Shown here: in pieces, positions 26,640 to 42,379 of the stretch
Position numbering within the stretch: position 1 is the first letter of the stretch
Layout: the number at the start of each line of letters is the position of its first letter
NCBI RefSeq assembly: GCF_009914755.1
Contig: NC_060936.1
DNA length: 64,000 nucleotides
Source: the human T2T-CHM13v2.0 reference genome, Homo sapiens
Reading direction: 5' to 3' (one strand)
Translations under genes and position numbers: made by a program
Notes under the pieces: model-generated
The model's input: only the letters and a program-made list of their open reading frames with translations
Told to the model about the DNA's origin: nothing
Databases searched by the model: none

Positions 26640-28237
26640 ATCTGACCTCTAAGATTCCATTCAACTTAATGGAATTGTCAGGTTAAATGGCTTTGTGTTA
26701 GGTCGATGCATGGCGAAGGTTAAAAGAGGAAACAAGGGTGTAGGTGTTTTATTTGTCCTTATCTTCAGCTGAGATTTCTGAAAGAGGGAGTTAGGTCTTG
26801 ATGATACTCCCCAAAGGAGGATGGCAGAAAGGGGAGGGGCCCCAGGACAATGCATCAGAAGACAACAGAACCAGCTGTAGGAAAGGAAAACAAGCCACAC
26901 ACAAGGGGCACCGTTTGGAGGGGGAGTCTTTAAAACTGGTCCACTTGGGAAAGCTGGCCTGGGCAGGGAAGGGCTGGGAGCAGCAGATGCTGACCAGCTG
27001 TCTGGTCCTTGCTGCACTGAATTAATTTTTTCCTGGATGTTCAGATTTGAAATGGGCTGGGCAGTTGTTCTGCAAAGCTGGTGTCGCCCTCTCTTTTGCT
27101 GCTGAGGCTGGGAAACTTCCATATAGAATCTCTGGGAAAGCTCTAAAGGGGCGCATATCCCCCCGGATCATAGGTTCCCTGCCTGGTCTGCATGCCCTGT
27201 GTCCCCAGCACACTGCCTGCCTCTCTGGGCCAGCCCGGGTGTGAGGTGGGGACTGAGGAGGCTGCTGTTGGCTCCGCCCCATGCCCAGCATGCTCTACAC
27301 GAGTGGTCGGTCCACAGTCACCCACGCTGCCTGACTCACCAGCTCCTGCAACTCAGCCTCTGGGGCTGGGGCTCCTATGGGTTTGTGGTCTTCCATTCAG
27401 ACCACACCAAGCTCCCGCCCCTCCTCCTCCTGGGAATGGAGACAGAGGGACCATATTTGTTCAAAGCTTCACAGAGTACAGTGCCTCAGCTCTGGTGAGA
27501 AAAGCACTCATACTTCCTTGCTTACACAGTTGATGTCAACCAGAAAGAGAAACTTACAAGAATCCACGCAGTGGGGAGTGGGAGGCAGAGGGGCTGCTGC
27601 CCACACTCACCGTGAGGATTCCTGGATCGCTCTCATCTGCTGGGCAGGATGACTTTCCTGTGTCCCATCCTCCCACTCCTCCCATTCTGAATTGTACCAA
27701 GTTAGACATTAAAATGGCGGAGAATTCCACAAAGCCATACCGTGGGAAGCAAACTCCAGGGGTCATTTCAACCATCCCCCTGTCCAGGGCCACTGCACAA
27801 CACCTGCAGACTGTGCACTGCCCAGGGTGCTGGAAGGGAGGCTGAGCGGGACTGACTTCCCAGCCCAACCCACTCCCTAAGCTATGCACCCTGACTGAGG
27901 CTGTGTCTACCAGAAGGAACAGATGACTTTTTCTAATTCCACATCTGTGCTAATGTGGACTAGCAGTAGCCTTTCTCCCACACCAATCCTCAACAACAAA
28001 CAAGCTTCTGTCTCGTTTTATAAGTCCCCAGGTGAGCAGAGGGAAAATGGACAACCACTTTGAGCTTCAAATCCCCTACCGCTTCAGGCACTTCTGTGAA
28101 GGACTGGGAAGTACTCCAGTAGAAACCAGACCCCAGAGTTGTTTCTGCAGACAGATCCACAGAACCCAACCTGAGGCCACACCTCCCACCCCTCCTAGAA
28201 AGAAACAGCACCCTCTCCCCATCTCCCCACCTCTCAC

Positions 28238-28376
28238 CTGCACCAGAACGTACTGGCACTCCCCGGGGAACAGGTATTTGAGCCCGTCGAAGGTGAGGTA
28301 GTGGGCCATGCCGATCGTGGAGCACGTGGCATCACACACATGGTCTGTGCAGTTCCACTTCCGGTCCCGACAGACA
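28238..28376 (-). CDS. VWF: VWF exon 20 (139 nt): [46 protein letters not shown]
   Basis: translation; ctag|TGT, CAG|gtgaga. Confidence 0.97.
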
Positions 28377-29340
28377 CTAGGAGCAGTCATGGCAGAGATG
28401 ACAAGTTGGGCACCTTGGGTTTGAGGGGCCCATCTGGGCCATGGAGGCAATGAAGGAACACAGAATACTCTGGGTGCCTCCCAACCCTCCAGGAAGCCCA
28501 AGGAAGTTGAGGACCTGTAGCGTGGAGTGTGGACTTCATAGGCCCAGCATGGGGCCCAGCAGGAGACAGGGAAGCCTAGTGGCTGTCCCTAAAAGGGGGA
28601 AACTGAGGCAAAGAAGGGAAGGGGTTGTCCAAAGTGAGCCAGGCAGCCAGGGAGGAGGCCCGGATGCTCTTTAGGCCTCCTGTTATGAATTCGCTCAGCC
28701 TCACCCTGAAAGCCACATCTACCTGAGATTGGCCACAGGGTGTCTGTAAAACAGACACACTGATGTTGAAAGCCTGAGGCTAATGGGAAAAACAAGACAG
28801 AACAGTGGGAAAGCCCAGAGTATAGAAAAGAGTGATGAAGTACGCACTTCTGCCAGGAGCAGTCCTGTGTGCATAGCTACACGTTAAGATGTATGTAGCT
28901 ACATGTTAAAATCTATAGTGATCTGCCCACTGCCACGTGTCCCTCCCTGCCACCACCCGTAACCAGAGCTGACATCAAGAAGCCCACTTGTGCGTCAGAG
29001 GTGGTAAGCTCAGACCTCAAGCCCAAGAGACAGCCCTCTCTACCTCTGTCCAGTAGGCCTCTTTCCAAGGCTGTGCACAGCCACCAAGTCAAAGGCAGGG
29101 TGAATGAGCAGGGTGAGGGGTTACGTGCAGGATGGCCAAGGAAAAGGGAGAAGGCAACCAGCCACCCTCACCTCAAACCACGCCACTGCAAGCACACTCA
29201 CGAAGTGCTCATGGGCAGTGTAAGGCCTGCAACGAAAGGACCCTCCAGACCCCGTGCCCACTGGCAGCTTGGCCCAAATGTAATGACTGGTGGGGCGAGG
29301 TCCCTGTCTTCCCTGGGGCCCATCTCCCTGAACAGAAATA

Positions 29341-29728
29341 CAAGCTGAGCATTCCTAATCCAAAACTCTGAAGTCCAAAATGTTCTGAAACCCAAAACTT
29401 TGAGCACCAACATGACACCACATGGGTGGCTGAGAGGGTGACACCTTTACTTTCTGATGGTTCAATGTACACAAAACTTTGTTTCATGCACATACATTAA
29501 AAATACTAAATACACATTAAATACATATTTAAAATGTTGTATAAACTTACCCTCAGGCAACGTGTATAAGGTATATATGAACCATAAATAAATGTCATGT
29601 TTAGATTTGGGTCCCATCCCTAAGACACCTCATTATGTATATGCAAATATTTCAAAGTCCAAAATAATCCAAAATCCAAAACAGTTGTGGTCCCAAGCAT
29701 TTCGGATAAGGGCTACTGTACTAACCTG
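29341..29728. mobile_element. TcMar-Tigger DNA transposon (Tigger4b-like)
   Basis: ta|caagctgagcattcctaatccaaaa...cccaagcatttcggataaggg..taacctg termini. Confidence 0.75.
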
Positions 29729-29937
29729 TTGAATAGTGTCTATGCAGGATGGACACAGGTGATGAAAAAGATTCTCCCCATTTTACAGATGGAGAAACAC
29801 AGGCACGGAGGAAAGGCAGAGAGTAACCAGGTTCCCACAGGGGGCTGGAGGCAAGTGCGGAAGGTCCTGTGGCCGCGTGCACCCTCACTCCACCCGCAGG
29901 GCCTGGGTCCCCAGCGCAGCCCCTCACTGAGCCTCAC

Positions 29938-30041
29938 CAAGTGTTGCAGCCAATCTTCACTGTTTCTCCAGGGGCATACTCCTTGCCCTGATGGAAGCAG
30001 GGACACCTTTCCAGGGCCACACATCTGTTCTCATGCCGGAC
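29938..30041 (-). CDS. VWF: VWF exon 19 (104 nt): [34 protein letters not shown]
   Basis: manual translation; ttag|GTC, TTG|gtgagg. Confidence 0.96.
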
Positions 30042-33000
30042 CTAAGAGAAAAGAATCCAAAAGTCCTCAGGGCCACAGTGACTGATCTAAAGCCCTCCTC
30101 CAGCCCGCTCCAGGAAGTGTTGTCTGAGACTTGAGCCTACGGGTAAGCCCAGCACTGGGACTGGCACCAGGACCAGGGCTGAGCCAGGGGGACAGCTTCC
30201 ACTGCAGGCCAAGCCAGGACAGGGATCCTATGCCCAGGCCAGGGCTTGGCAAACATGGGTTCCCATCTACATGGCTCCTCCCTGTCAACTAAAGACACTG
30301 ACTGCCCTCTGCCCTCTCGTGCCCTGCTGGGACACTGTAACCTGGACATTTTTGCAAAGGTACTTCAAAAAATCATGTCCAGAGGCCTTGAAATGCACAT
30401 ATTCTTACACCTAGCCATCCCAAGGAAAGGATTTCTCTGAGGGAAATAGAATTATGGACAAAGATTGATGGAGAATTATTTATCATTGCAAAAAAAAATT
30501 GGAAACACTTAATAGGAAAATGACTAAATCCACTGAGGAATCACCAGGCGCCAGTATCCTATGGTGCTATTACAATGGTCCTTTGGAAGAATCTTAAATG
30601 AAGTGAGAAATACTTATGCTGTTAATTTTTAACACAGGAAGAAAAACTGTATATACATATGGTTCCAAATGTATATATATTTCACAAAAGACTAGAAGGA
30701 AATACAGAATCTGCCTCCAGGTGGTGAGCTGGGATAGGCGAGTGGGAGGATTTTATTTTCTTTTTCAGTTTTAAAATTTTTTTCCAAGTGTTCTTCAATG
30801 AGCATGTATTATGTTTATAATTAAAGAAAATGAACACTATATTGAATAAAATTAATATGTACTTAATACTCTGGAGGTGAGGGCCAAATACTGGGCATAA
30901 GTAGAAATCGATCAGAACTAGAGTCTGGGGGCTGGTCCAAGCCACAGGCCCCCTCCTGCCCAGTCTCCCGTATCCCGGTTCACTCTCCATGGGGTATGCT
31001 CTACTTCCCCGTCCTCACCCCTCGGGAAACTACTTTCGTGAGCATGTTGTATTCCTCCGGTCTGTTGGGGCTGAGAAAATAAAAGAACTAAGAACTACCA
31101 GCCCCAGAAGAGTCAGCCAAACCCACTCTGAGCTCAACATGCAGACACGCTTCTGTCCCGACTCCAAGGGGCAGCCCTGGGTGCCTGTCCTGGTGTGGCC
31201 TAGCCTTGGGGGTTCTCAAAGAGGCCTGGGTCACCCCCAGGTGAAGGACTGTGGCACCTTGGCTCCAGAGCTCCCTGCAGGGCGAGAAGCTCCTGGTCTG
31301 AACAGTTCCAGCTCCACGTGACCCAGTCACTCCCCAGACAAGTCTGAGCTCCCAGGCCTGGAGCTGGACAAATCCCTGGGAACAGGGCAATCTTGGGTTG
31401 AACAAAGGGCTTTCAAGGACCCAGGCTAGAATCGTATGTAAGCATGTGTGTGTTGGGGCGGTTGGGGGGAGGGAAATAGGAAGAATCCTCCACTGCTTAA
31501 TGCCATCTTCACCCAACCTCAGGAGGTGTTCCCGCATCTCTGGAAGCCCAGCTGATGGGTCAGGATGACAGTGCAGGGCATAAGATGCAGGTTGACCCCA
31601 CTCTTGGTAGCTCTTACCTCCCGGAACCACTGTTCTTGGGAGGGAATGAGCTTAAGCACCCAGTAGGGAAGATGGCACCTTGGTAGGAGCTGGCAGGGCT
31701 GAAAAACCTCTCTCTAGCAGAGCATTCAAAGCCTCTGTCACAATTAGGGTTCATGTCCACATCGCCCCGTCCAGTGTCAGCTCTGACTTAAGCCTGAGGC
31801 CCACCACCTAGTGGCTGCTATAAGAATGACTGAGGTATCCCACGGATGCCTTACAGTCAACGGAAACCAGATAATACGCCTCCTTGTGGCAAATACCATG
31901 TGGGACAGAAGTGCAGGGACGGACTCCAGGAAACAGAGCCAGGCTCCCCTTACCTCAGCAGCACATGTTGCCCCTCACCCTTGGGCAGGCCGGGTTGGGG
32001 GCTCCCAGGCCTCTTGGTCTGCATGCTGCATGTTTTTACCTCTCGCCATGATATTCAACCCATGGGACAACCCACCATGCGTTCACGGCCCAGGGAGACC
32101 CTCCTGTCACCCAGGTGTGGGTCTATGGAAGCCCAGCCCTCCTCCAGCGGACAGAACACTCCAGTCCCAGCTCAGGTGTGAGATAACAATGCCATGACTG
32201 CAGCCGCCACCTCCTCCTCCTTCTGAGCACCCACTGCAAACCACGTGGCTGCTCTCTGCCGACTCGTGTTAGCAAGAGGAGGTTATTAATTCATGGACAG
32301 CAATATTATAATAGGACCTTGATATTAAGTGAGGACTGCTATGAAGGCCACAGTGGTGTGGAGTTAGGTCATAAGAGAGCTGGAGAGGAGACAAAACATA
32401 ATCTTCAACGAGAGGAAAGGGTTTCCAGGACACAGCATGAGACTTCCTGACTTGGGAGAGAAGAGCAGGTAACAATAGCCCAGCTAAAAACACCCAGAGA
32501 ATCCCAAAGTGGCAAAGACATTCAGGGAGGTGGAAATTCATGGAGGTAGATAGGCCTGGAAATAAAGGGGTAATTTAGGGGATGGATTGGACCCAGAGGG
32601 GAGCTGTGCAGAGAGGCGGGGCAGGCCAGCACAACAGTCCCTGGCCAAATTTTGTGGCAAGTCACTTAAACCTCACAGTTAAAATGAAGAGAACCACCTC
32701 CGTCTAGTGTTTGTCCCTTCGGGACATCAAAAGGCTACTAAGATAAAGTCTATGAATGTCCCCTGAAGACTTCAGAAGAAAGCCTGGCAAAAATACTCGT
32801 CCCATCACTCACCAACTCATGACATCTTCAGTCCGAAAGGGGTCAGGCTGAGAACGTGGTCCTACGTGTTGGTCCACTCCAAGAAAATTATAAAGTAGGA
32901 AAATACTGGTCTTGTTACCTTTCTCTGAAAAGGCCCCATTGTCCCCAACTCTCCATACATGAACACCATCGTGACCCACTCTCCAGAATCTTTTTTACCT

Positions 33001-34716
33001 TCCAACTGCCTCTCGTTCATTCTCCTACCCCATCAGTACTTTCAGGCCAAAGCAGCTGAACTCAGCCAGAAGCTTGCAAGGAGGAGAGTGATCTGATTAA
33101 AGCACTCCTGCTGAGCGTGATGACTCCTCCTATGAAGACTTATGAGGTTCCGCTTTTTTTAAACCTCTCGCTTGTTAACCAAAATGAATTTTTGCTTATT
33201 ATATTTCAGTAAGCCCGACTGAGTGACAAATCATGGACCATGTAGGAGATATTTCTGAAACAGGCCCTTCTTTGGATCTTTTAAAATGTGCAACGCCCAC
33301 ATGTGAGGCCGCCTCTGGATGGGCCCTTGAACCCAAGCTCTGAACTTTAAGAAGTGGTGCCCAACTCCTTCAGTCTTCACATGGGGCCAGTGAGGAAACT
33401 GGACATCCTGGGATCAGGGACATAACCACACTTCTCGCCACCAAGAGGCTCCTAATACCAGCAGTTTGGGAGATGTAGCTGCTAGGTTTCAAACGGGAAG
33501 TCAGCATCTCCCAGACAGAGGCCTAAGTGTTTCAGATTACAGGAGCCCTGGTCTCAGAGTCAGGAGACCAGAATTTCCACTATACAACTATGAAGGCTTG
33601 ACCCGGCTCTGTTCCCTTTCTGTCCTCAGTCTCCTCCCGTGTGATAGAAGGGGCTGACATAATGGGACCTCAGGGTTTCTTCTTCTCCGCCCTCTACGAT
33701 GCTCCCAGAGTTACCCTTGCCGCCGGACTCAGGAAGGGTGAGCAGGGCAGTGAGTTGTGCTTTGCTGTCACCTAGTGGTGGTAGCAGGTAATATTCTAAC
33801 TTAAAGAGATGGATGCTTCAGGCAAGCATGGCTCCAAGAATTTCTGAACTAGAGAAAAATACCTGGGAGATCTTCCAGCACAACCCCCTCATTTTATCGA
33901 TCCGGCAGGTCTCAGAAAGTGAACACTGGGATCTAAAAAGATGCTCCTGTGTGTGCTAATTCCCTGCAGCATCTCTGTTCATGGCAGGATTCACCGTTTC
34001 CCACCACGAACTTACTGTAATAGTTAGTGGTCATTAAACCACCACTCACTAAGCACCTCCCATGTGCTCGCTGCTCTCATCTCCAGTCTTCCCAACAGCC
34101 TGCAAGCCAATTTTACAGATAAGAAAATTAAGACGCCAAGAGGTTAAGTGACTTGCCACTCACTTAAGTAGATGTTAGGAGGCAGGATTCAAACCTGGAA
34201 GTGTGAGGTTCCGATACCATGCCGTTTCCAGGCGGTTTCTCTGCCCTTCATTTATCACGGTGCGGACCACTTAGCAAAGGGACCCCCATCCTCCTCATTC
34301 CCATGCCAGGAGACCTTTGCACGATGGCAGGAGCAGATACAGCCTGCAGCTTGTGGGGTCAACCAGAAAACCTCTGCTCTAAGCAGGTGCCAGGCCTGGG
34401 ACAAACCAGAAAGAGAGGGGTTCTTTCTCTGCCCCCGCCAATATTTTCAAACAGGTGCTTCTGGGCATATGGTGGACACTGAGAGGCACCTTAGAGGAGG
34501 AGAGACAATCTTCGGCTGAGAACAGGGCTGCTCAAAGTGCATTCCCTGGGCCAGGGCCAGCCTGTGAGGACGCAAGCACAGAAACTAAGAGAAAGTGTTT
34601 AGAAAATCTTAGGGAAATTTGGCAGAGTCATGTTATGTCTGTTATATGTCATAAAAAGTGGGAAGTAAGAGTTTAGATTTAGGGATCATGAAAAAAAGGA
34701 AAGAAAACATTTTTTA

Positions 34717-35316
<600 letters not shown>

Positions 35317-37864
35317 GAAAATATTTTTTAGTTGGGTGGGATCATATTATTTTTGTCATTGCTTTTGTTTTATTTTTATGAGAATTCATTTTTATTGTAT
35401 TTACAAAAGCATGGGTCCACAGCAGGCTGGAAATCTAAGAAAAAGCATCCTTTACAGGTCTCTCCTATGGACAGCAGGAAGAACTGATGGGTGCAGCCTC
35501 TGAGACAGCCTTGGATAGTTACAGAAACAACAATGAAAGCTATTCCTACACTTCTGTAGAACTCTCTGGCTTTAAAGTGCTTTCACACACATCTCCTTGG
35601 GGCCCACAGCCATGCATCATGGAGGCAGAACAGGAATTCGGTGTCTACGTAACACATGAGGTGACTGGGCTTCCGGTAAAGACTGAAGGATTGCACAAGA
35701 GCATGGAGTGGGAAAGCAGGGAAGCCTGGCCTGACGGGTCTGCCCTCTGCACCCCATTCCTGCTCTTTCAGCCCCCCGCAGATCTGCCCCCGGGAAAAAG
35801 CCACTTCCCTTTCCCCTGTCAAGTCCTCAGAAGAATGCAGAATCCGTGACCCCTTCCCCAAGCCCTTAGTGACATCCCACAACCCTGCCCCTTCACAAGG
35901 GACAGACTGGACAGAGGAACACCCCAAGGGATGATGTCTGCACCATCAGATGGGCCCAAACAGGGTGTTTCCAGGCCCAGCCCCATTTTCTTTGTGTTAT
36001 GGCCAAGAACACGTGTCCCGTGCTGCAGGCGGCACGCTGCGCACCCTTAATAAATTGCACGGACTTCTCTGCTCTCTCGAATCTGGCCGCAATAATTTGC
36101 ACACTCGCCGGCATCGTAAGGAAGCAGTTGTGAAAATAACCGAATCTCTTACAATATGAACCTGCAAGTTAGAATCCCCTGTGGCTGAAGTGCGAGTCAC
36201 CTCGTCACGTGACAGGTATCCAAGTGCTGTCCTCAGAATGCATGCCCAGCGCTTCAGGAATGAAATGAGCGCCTAACAGGACAGCCACAGCCTGTATTTG
36301 AGGTCTCACTGTCCTCTTTTTTGGATTTGGGGTCATAATATAATTATTGTGGTTACTAATATTTAAGGCTATCTGTATTTTTTCCTTCATGACAAAAAAG
36401 TTTGTTTCAAAGCATATCCGATGCTGACATAGTCCTCTGAGTGATGTTCCTTTTCCTGCTGAGTATGATGAAGAGACAATGATCTATGCTTTCCCCACAC
36501 CAAAGCTCTAAGACACTCTACCTAAGAGGCCCCAGGGATAAAGAAGAGCAATAAGGAAGATTCCCCTGCCCTCTCCTATTTTTTGTTCCTACCCAGGTCT
36601 GAGATTCCCCACCTTAGAGACCCTTCGTGATATCCACCTTCTGCTAAGGCACCAAACAACCCTTCCAGTTCAAAGGTGCTCACTGGCCAATCGCTAGCTC
36701 TCCTCATCAGAAAAGACAGTTCCAAAACCCTCAGAGGCTAAGACAGAGGAGGAGAGAATTAACAAGAGTTGGTCTCTCTGTTTGGGAGAAGAAAGAGTTG
36801 AAGGGGAAGTAGAAAAGTAAGCATCTGTCCTTCACACACTGCAATCCCAGCCTTCCTGAGAGACACTGGTAATTGAGTCCACATTCCCTCTACAGAATAT
36901 TGACAGGTCCCACAGTCCAGGACACTTCCCCTCAAGCAGAGTCCTGGGCAACACTAAGTCCCCTCCAAAGCCATCTGAGAGCCACCCTCTCCCATTCTGG
37001 CCTCCACAGCCTCTGCCCCAACTCCTCACCATTCACTTTGGGTATAAGGAATTGGAGTCGGGGAAAACAAGAAGACAGGATGCATTTTGAAAGAGAAACA
37101 TCTGGAAGTTGCATCCTTCAGGATGTATGCATAATCTATTTAATACAACGCTGGCTAAGATTAGACTTGGGAGGGAGATAAGGAGGAGTAGGCATGCTCA
37201 GATCATTGCCACCAGCAGCAGAACATCCACATAGGAGCCAGGAGTCGCAAACCAGCATGGCCTTGGATGCACGGCCTCCATGCCTGTTTCAGGCACAGCA
37301 CCAGAGTCATGGAATGTTAAGGGCTGGCCAAGACCTCACGACTCACATTACAGATGAGGAAAACAAGTTTCATTGTGGGGAAGAGACTTGTTGGGCCCAT
37401 GGCTTGCTAGTGACACGGCAGGGCCATCAATGTCTTTTTTTGAAATAGAAAATTATATGCATATACGTCAATCATATGCAAATATATATGTGTCCCTCCA
37501 TTTTCATAGCATGGAAGGCGGCCCCTGGGAAAATTCTAGTGGGAATGCTTGTTTTTACTAGTACGTATTTTCTGGAAATTCTTTGCTTCCTATGGCACTC
37601 CTGTAAGCTAAGTTCTTATATTTTTGTCAGATCCTGTGAGGATCAACCCCAGGCATTTTCCTAACAACTCCCTCCCTGACTTTGGCAGCTGACTTTGCCA
37701 CAGAAGAGCCTCCCCTCCTCCATGCCCCCATTACCAGCACCACCTCCATTACTATCCGTGTTTAGCCCTTGTTTCTTCCTCTCTCTGGCTGCAGAGCCCC
37801 CTCACTCATCCCTGCCTACAAGAAAACTGAAGGGCAGGCACCAGCTCTGTGCCTGGTGACTCAC

Positions 37865-38025
37865 CATGCCCGGGGGGCAGAGGCAGCCAGAGACACAGCC
37901 CATGCTCATGCACTCCAGGTCGTAGTTCTGGCACGTTTTGGCACACTCGAGCCCTTCAGCCCGCAGGTTGTCAGCGGGACACACCAGCTTGACCATGGGG
38001 GGCCGACAGGATAGGCTCCTTTTGC
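37865..38025 (-). CDS. VWF: VWF exon 18 (161 nt): furin site (R)SKR|[10 protein letters not shown] and D' (FVIII-binding)
   Basis: translation; cgag|GCA, ATG|gtgagt. Confidence 0.97.
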
Positions 38026-39393
38026 CTCGAAGGTAGGAAAAGCAAAGAGATGATTAGTGAAGGAGAGAATGGACCTACCTTCCACACTGTCCTTTGGTCC
38101 CCTAGAGTCTGTGACTAAATTCAAGAGACTCAGAGTTGCCCACTCGTGGGGACCAGCGGCTGCCTGAGCCAGGGTCCCTGTGTGGGACTGGGAGGGCATC
38201 TTCTCACCTGGGCTTCTGACCTCTGGCTTACATTGGTGGCAGCTCTTCTGACCCCAGCTCTCATCTAATGTCCCATACTTGTCATCACCCTTAACCTTGC
38301 TATAGCAGGTTACATTGAATCAGGATGCATTGCAGAAATTTCCAGACCCAGGCTTGAAAAGACCTGAGTTTGGGAGCTAAAAAGGAGTTTTAATGGACCC
38401 AACAGAATCATTCCTAAATGGTTACAACTAATGTGGGGAGAGAAGGCCATCTGACCACAATGGCTTTAAAAGAGATCTCTGCTCGCATCAGCCCCTGCCC
38501 AGCCACTCCATGCGAATTTGCAACACCCGCAACACTCCATCCCTGGACACTCCAATCTCCCCTCCCTGCTGCTTCCCCTCTGATATCCTATATATGTTCT
38601 TCTCACCATCTGACATACTACACATCTCACTTACTTGTTTACTGTCCTCCCCAAGCCACTGGGCCCACTAGAACGCATGTTCCATGAAGCCAGGGATTTC
38701 TATCTACTTTGCGCATTGACATATCCTACTTCGTGGCAATTAGTAGGTATCAATGGCTAATTGGGTAATACTGACAGCAGATGACTGATACAGCACCTTT
38801 CTTTCCAAAGCCCAGGTGCACTTAATAGCATTTGTATCACATACTCGCTCCTCTGGGCAAAACAGTCAAAATTTCTGGCCTTATTTTTATATGGAAACTC
38901 TTGTTAGAAAACTGAAACTCCAAAAGGCTAAACGGCTTTTCCCAATCTGCACAGAATCCCAGGAGTTTCCTGACTTTGAAAAATATTACATTTTCCAGTG
39001 ACCAGACTAGAAGATTCTGAGCAGAAGCACGGAAGGTAGGTCTGAGAGGCAGAATGCAACAGAGAGTGGGTGTGGGGGAAACTCTCTGAGAGGGACAGAA
39101 GAAGACACAGAAGGATGGAGTGATCTTGAGGTCACAAGTTCTGGTCTCAACCTTTGAGCCACCCATGCCCTCGGGATCTTGCCCCAGCTCTAGGCTGAGA
39201 GACGCTCTCCAGTCGGTCACGCCAGGAGCCAGACCTGTCACGCAGGGCAAGCCAGGAAGCAAACACCATGGCACAGAACTGGGTCCCTTGGACAGAAGGA
39301 GCCTTGTGGAAAGTGAGAGGCAGAGAGGGAAGCAGTCAAGCTGGAGATTGAAGATAGCCATTTATCTCTCTCCCACTGGAAGAGTCCTTTCTA

Positions 39394-39910
<517 letters not shown>

Positions 39911-40296
39911 TCATCAGCATGTCCATAGGAAACAAGAGGCCATCAAAGAAGGGTGACTGTCATCACAATCAAGGCCACCAACTCACAGCTATCCACTGGG
40001 TTAAGGTCTCCACGGGCAAAATAGGGGTCTCATAGAATTTATCTGCAGGTCTTTCCCCTTACACGAAATCAAATACTCCTTGCCTCAATGGTCGGGATTG
40101 ACACATGCAAAGACATGCCTTGGCCTGAAAGTCACTCACACAAACCCAGAAATGAAGGCGATCCTGGGCGAAGCCAGACCCATGCCTGGGTGCACACGCA
40201 CATCTGACGGTGTCACCCAGCTCTCTCCCGCCATTCCACACGTGAGGAATCTGGGCAGGATGGAGTCAATGGGCCTTCCAGGGGGACAGTACTCAC

Positions 40297-40391
40297 TGCG
40301 ATGAGACAGGGGACTGCTGAGGACAGCGTCAGGCAGCAAGCTTCCGGGGACTCCACTCATGGTACAGTGCATGAAGCCATCCTCACAGTAG
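40297..40391 (-). CDS. VWF: VWF exon 17 (95 nt), end of propeptide: [31 protein letters not shown]
   Basis: translation; gcag|CTA, GCA|gtgagt. Confidence 0.97.
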
Positions 40392-40499
40392 CTGCAGAGA
40401 AGAAAATCATAGCCGAGCTTCACGAGACTCGTCTATACTCGCTGCCTCCACATCTTCACCTCCCACTCACTCTCTGCCCCTTCCAACCAGGTCCCAGTC

Positions 40500-41220
40500 C
40501 CATAACCCCTCCTGAAGCACAGCTTGCTAACGTTACCAATGGATGATCCCCACGTCACTAAATCCCATGGGACTTTTTTCAGTTATTTGCTTAATTGATC
40601 CCATTCAACATTATTCATCACTGTTGAACACTCCACTCTTCTAGAAAAAAAATATTTCTCTCTCCAGGTTTTCCTCCCACTTCCTTGGTTCCTCCTTCTC
40701 AGCCTCAGCTTTCATGTGCCCCCACTGCCTGGCCTTTCAATATCGGCCTTCCCCAGGCTCTGTCCTAGGCTCGCTCCTCTTCTCACACTCTGCTGCCATC
40801 CCCAGTTCCAATCACAGACATGACTCATAAATCTACATCAGCAGCTCGGACCGCTCCTTTGAACCCCAGACCCATATACTCAAATGCCTACATGGTCTCA
40901 CTAATGTAGTGAGTCTCAAACACACCTCAAACTCAGTATATTCAAAACTAAACTCATGATCCCCCGACCAAAGCCAATTCTCCTCCAGGGCTGATTCACT
41001 GAATGGTGACGCCATCCATCTGGCTTCGCAACCAGAAACCCAGGATCATCCCTGCCACTGTCTTCTCCCTCATCCTCTGTATCTGATTCATCATCAAGCC
41101 CTTGGACTTGGCCTCCAACATACCACTGAAATTCATATCCACTTTATCTCCACTGTCATGAGACAAGACACTATGACCTCTTGCCTGGACTATGTAAAAG
41201 TCTCCTAACTGACTGCATAT
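40500..41220 (+). mobile_element. L2 LINE fragment
   Basis: pyrimidine-rich L2-like body (ccagacccatatactcaaatgcctac...). Confidence 0.6.
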
Positions 41221-41682
41221 TTTTATAAAACGTCTGTGGTTGCTTTGTATGTATGTTTAGTTTGTATAAATGATATCACATAGCATGCTGTGTTTTGCTT
41301 TTCCCATCGAGCACCGTGTTTGTAAGATTCATCCCTGTGAAGACACGGACCACTTGTCTGTGACTTCTGTTGCACAATACACCTTTTACCCACTCAGTGT
41401 CCCAGTGATTGACATAGGTTGTCACCTGCTCCTTACCACCACAAACAAAGCTGTGCTGAACATCTGCAGACATGTGTCCTAATGAATGTGTATAAGGATT
41501 TTAGTCTATCTGCACAGAGGCAGAAGGGCGGGGATAGCAGGTGTGAATACCTGACCTGCACATGATGTGCCAAGTACTCTCCTAGATGACTCAACCAGTC
41601 TATGCCTTACAAAAGCAGATGAGGCCCCCATGCCCCTCAGCTCTGCATTATCCAGATGTCTAATTTTTCCAGTCTAGTATGA

Positions 41683-42379
<697 letters not shown>

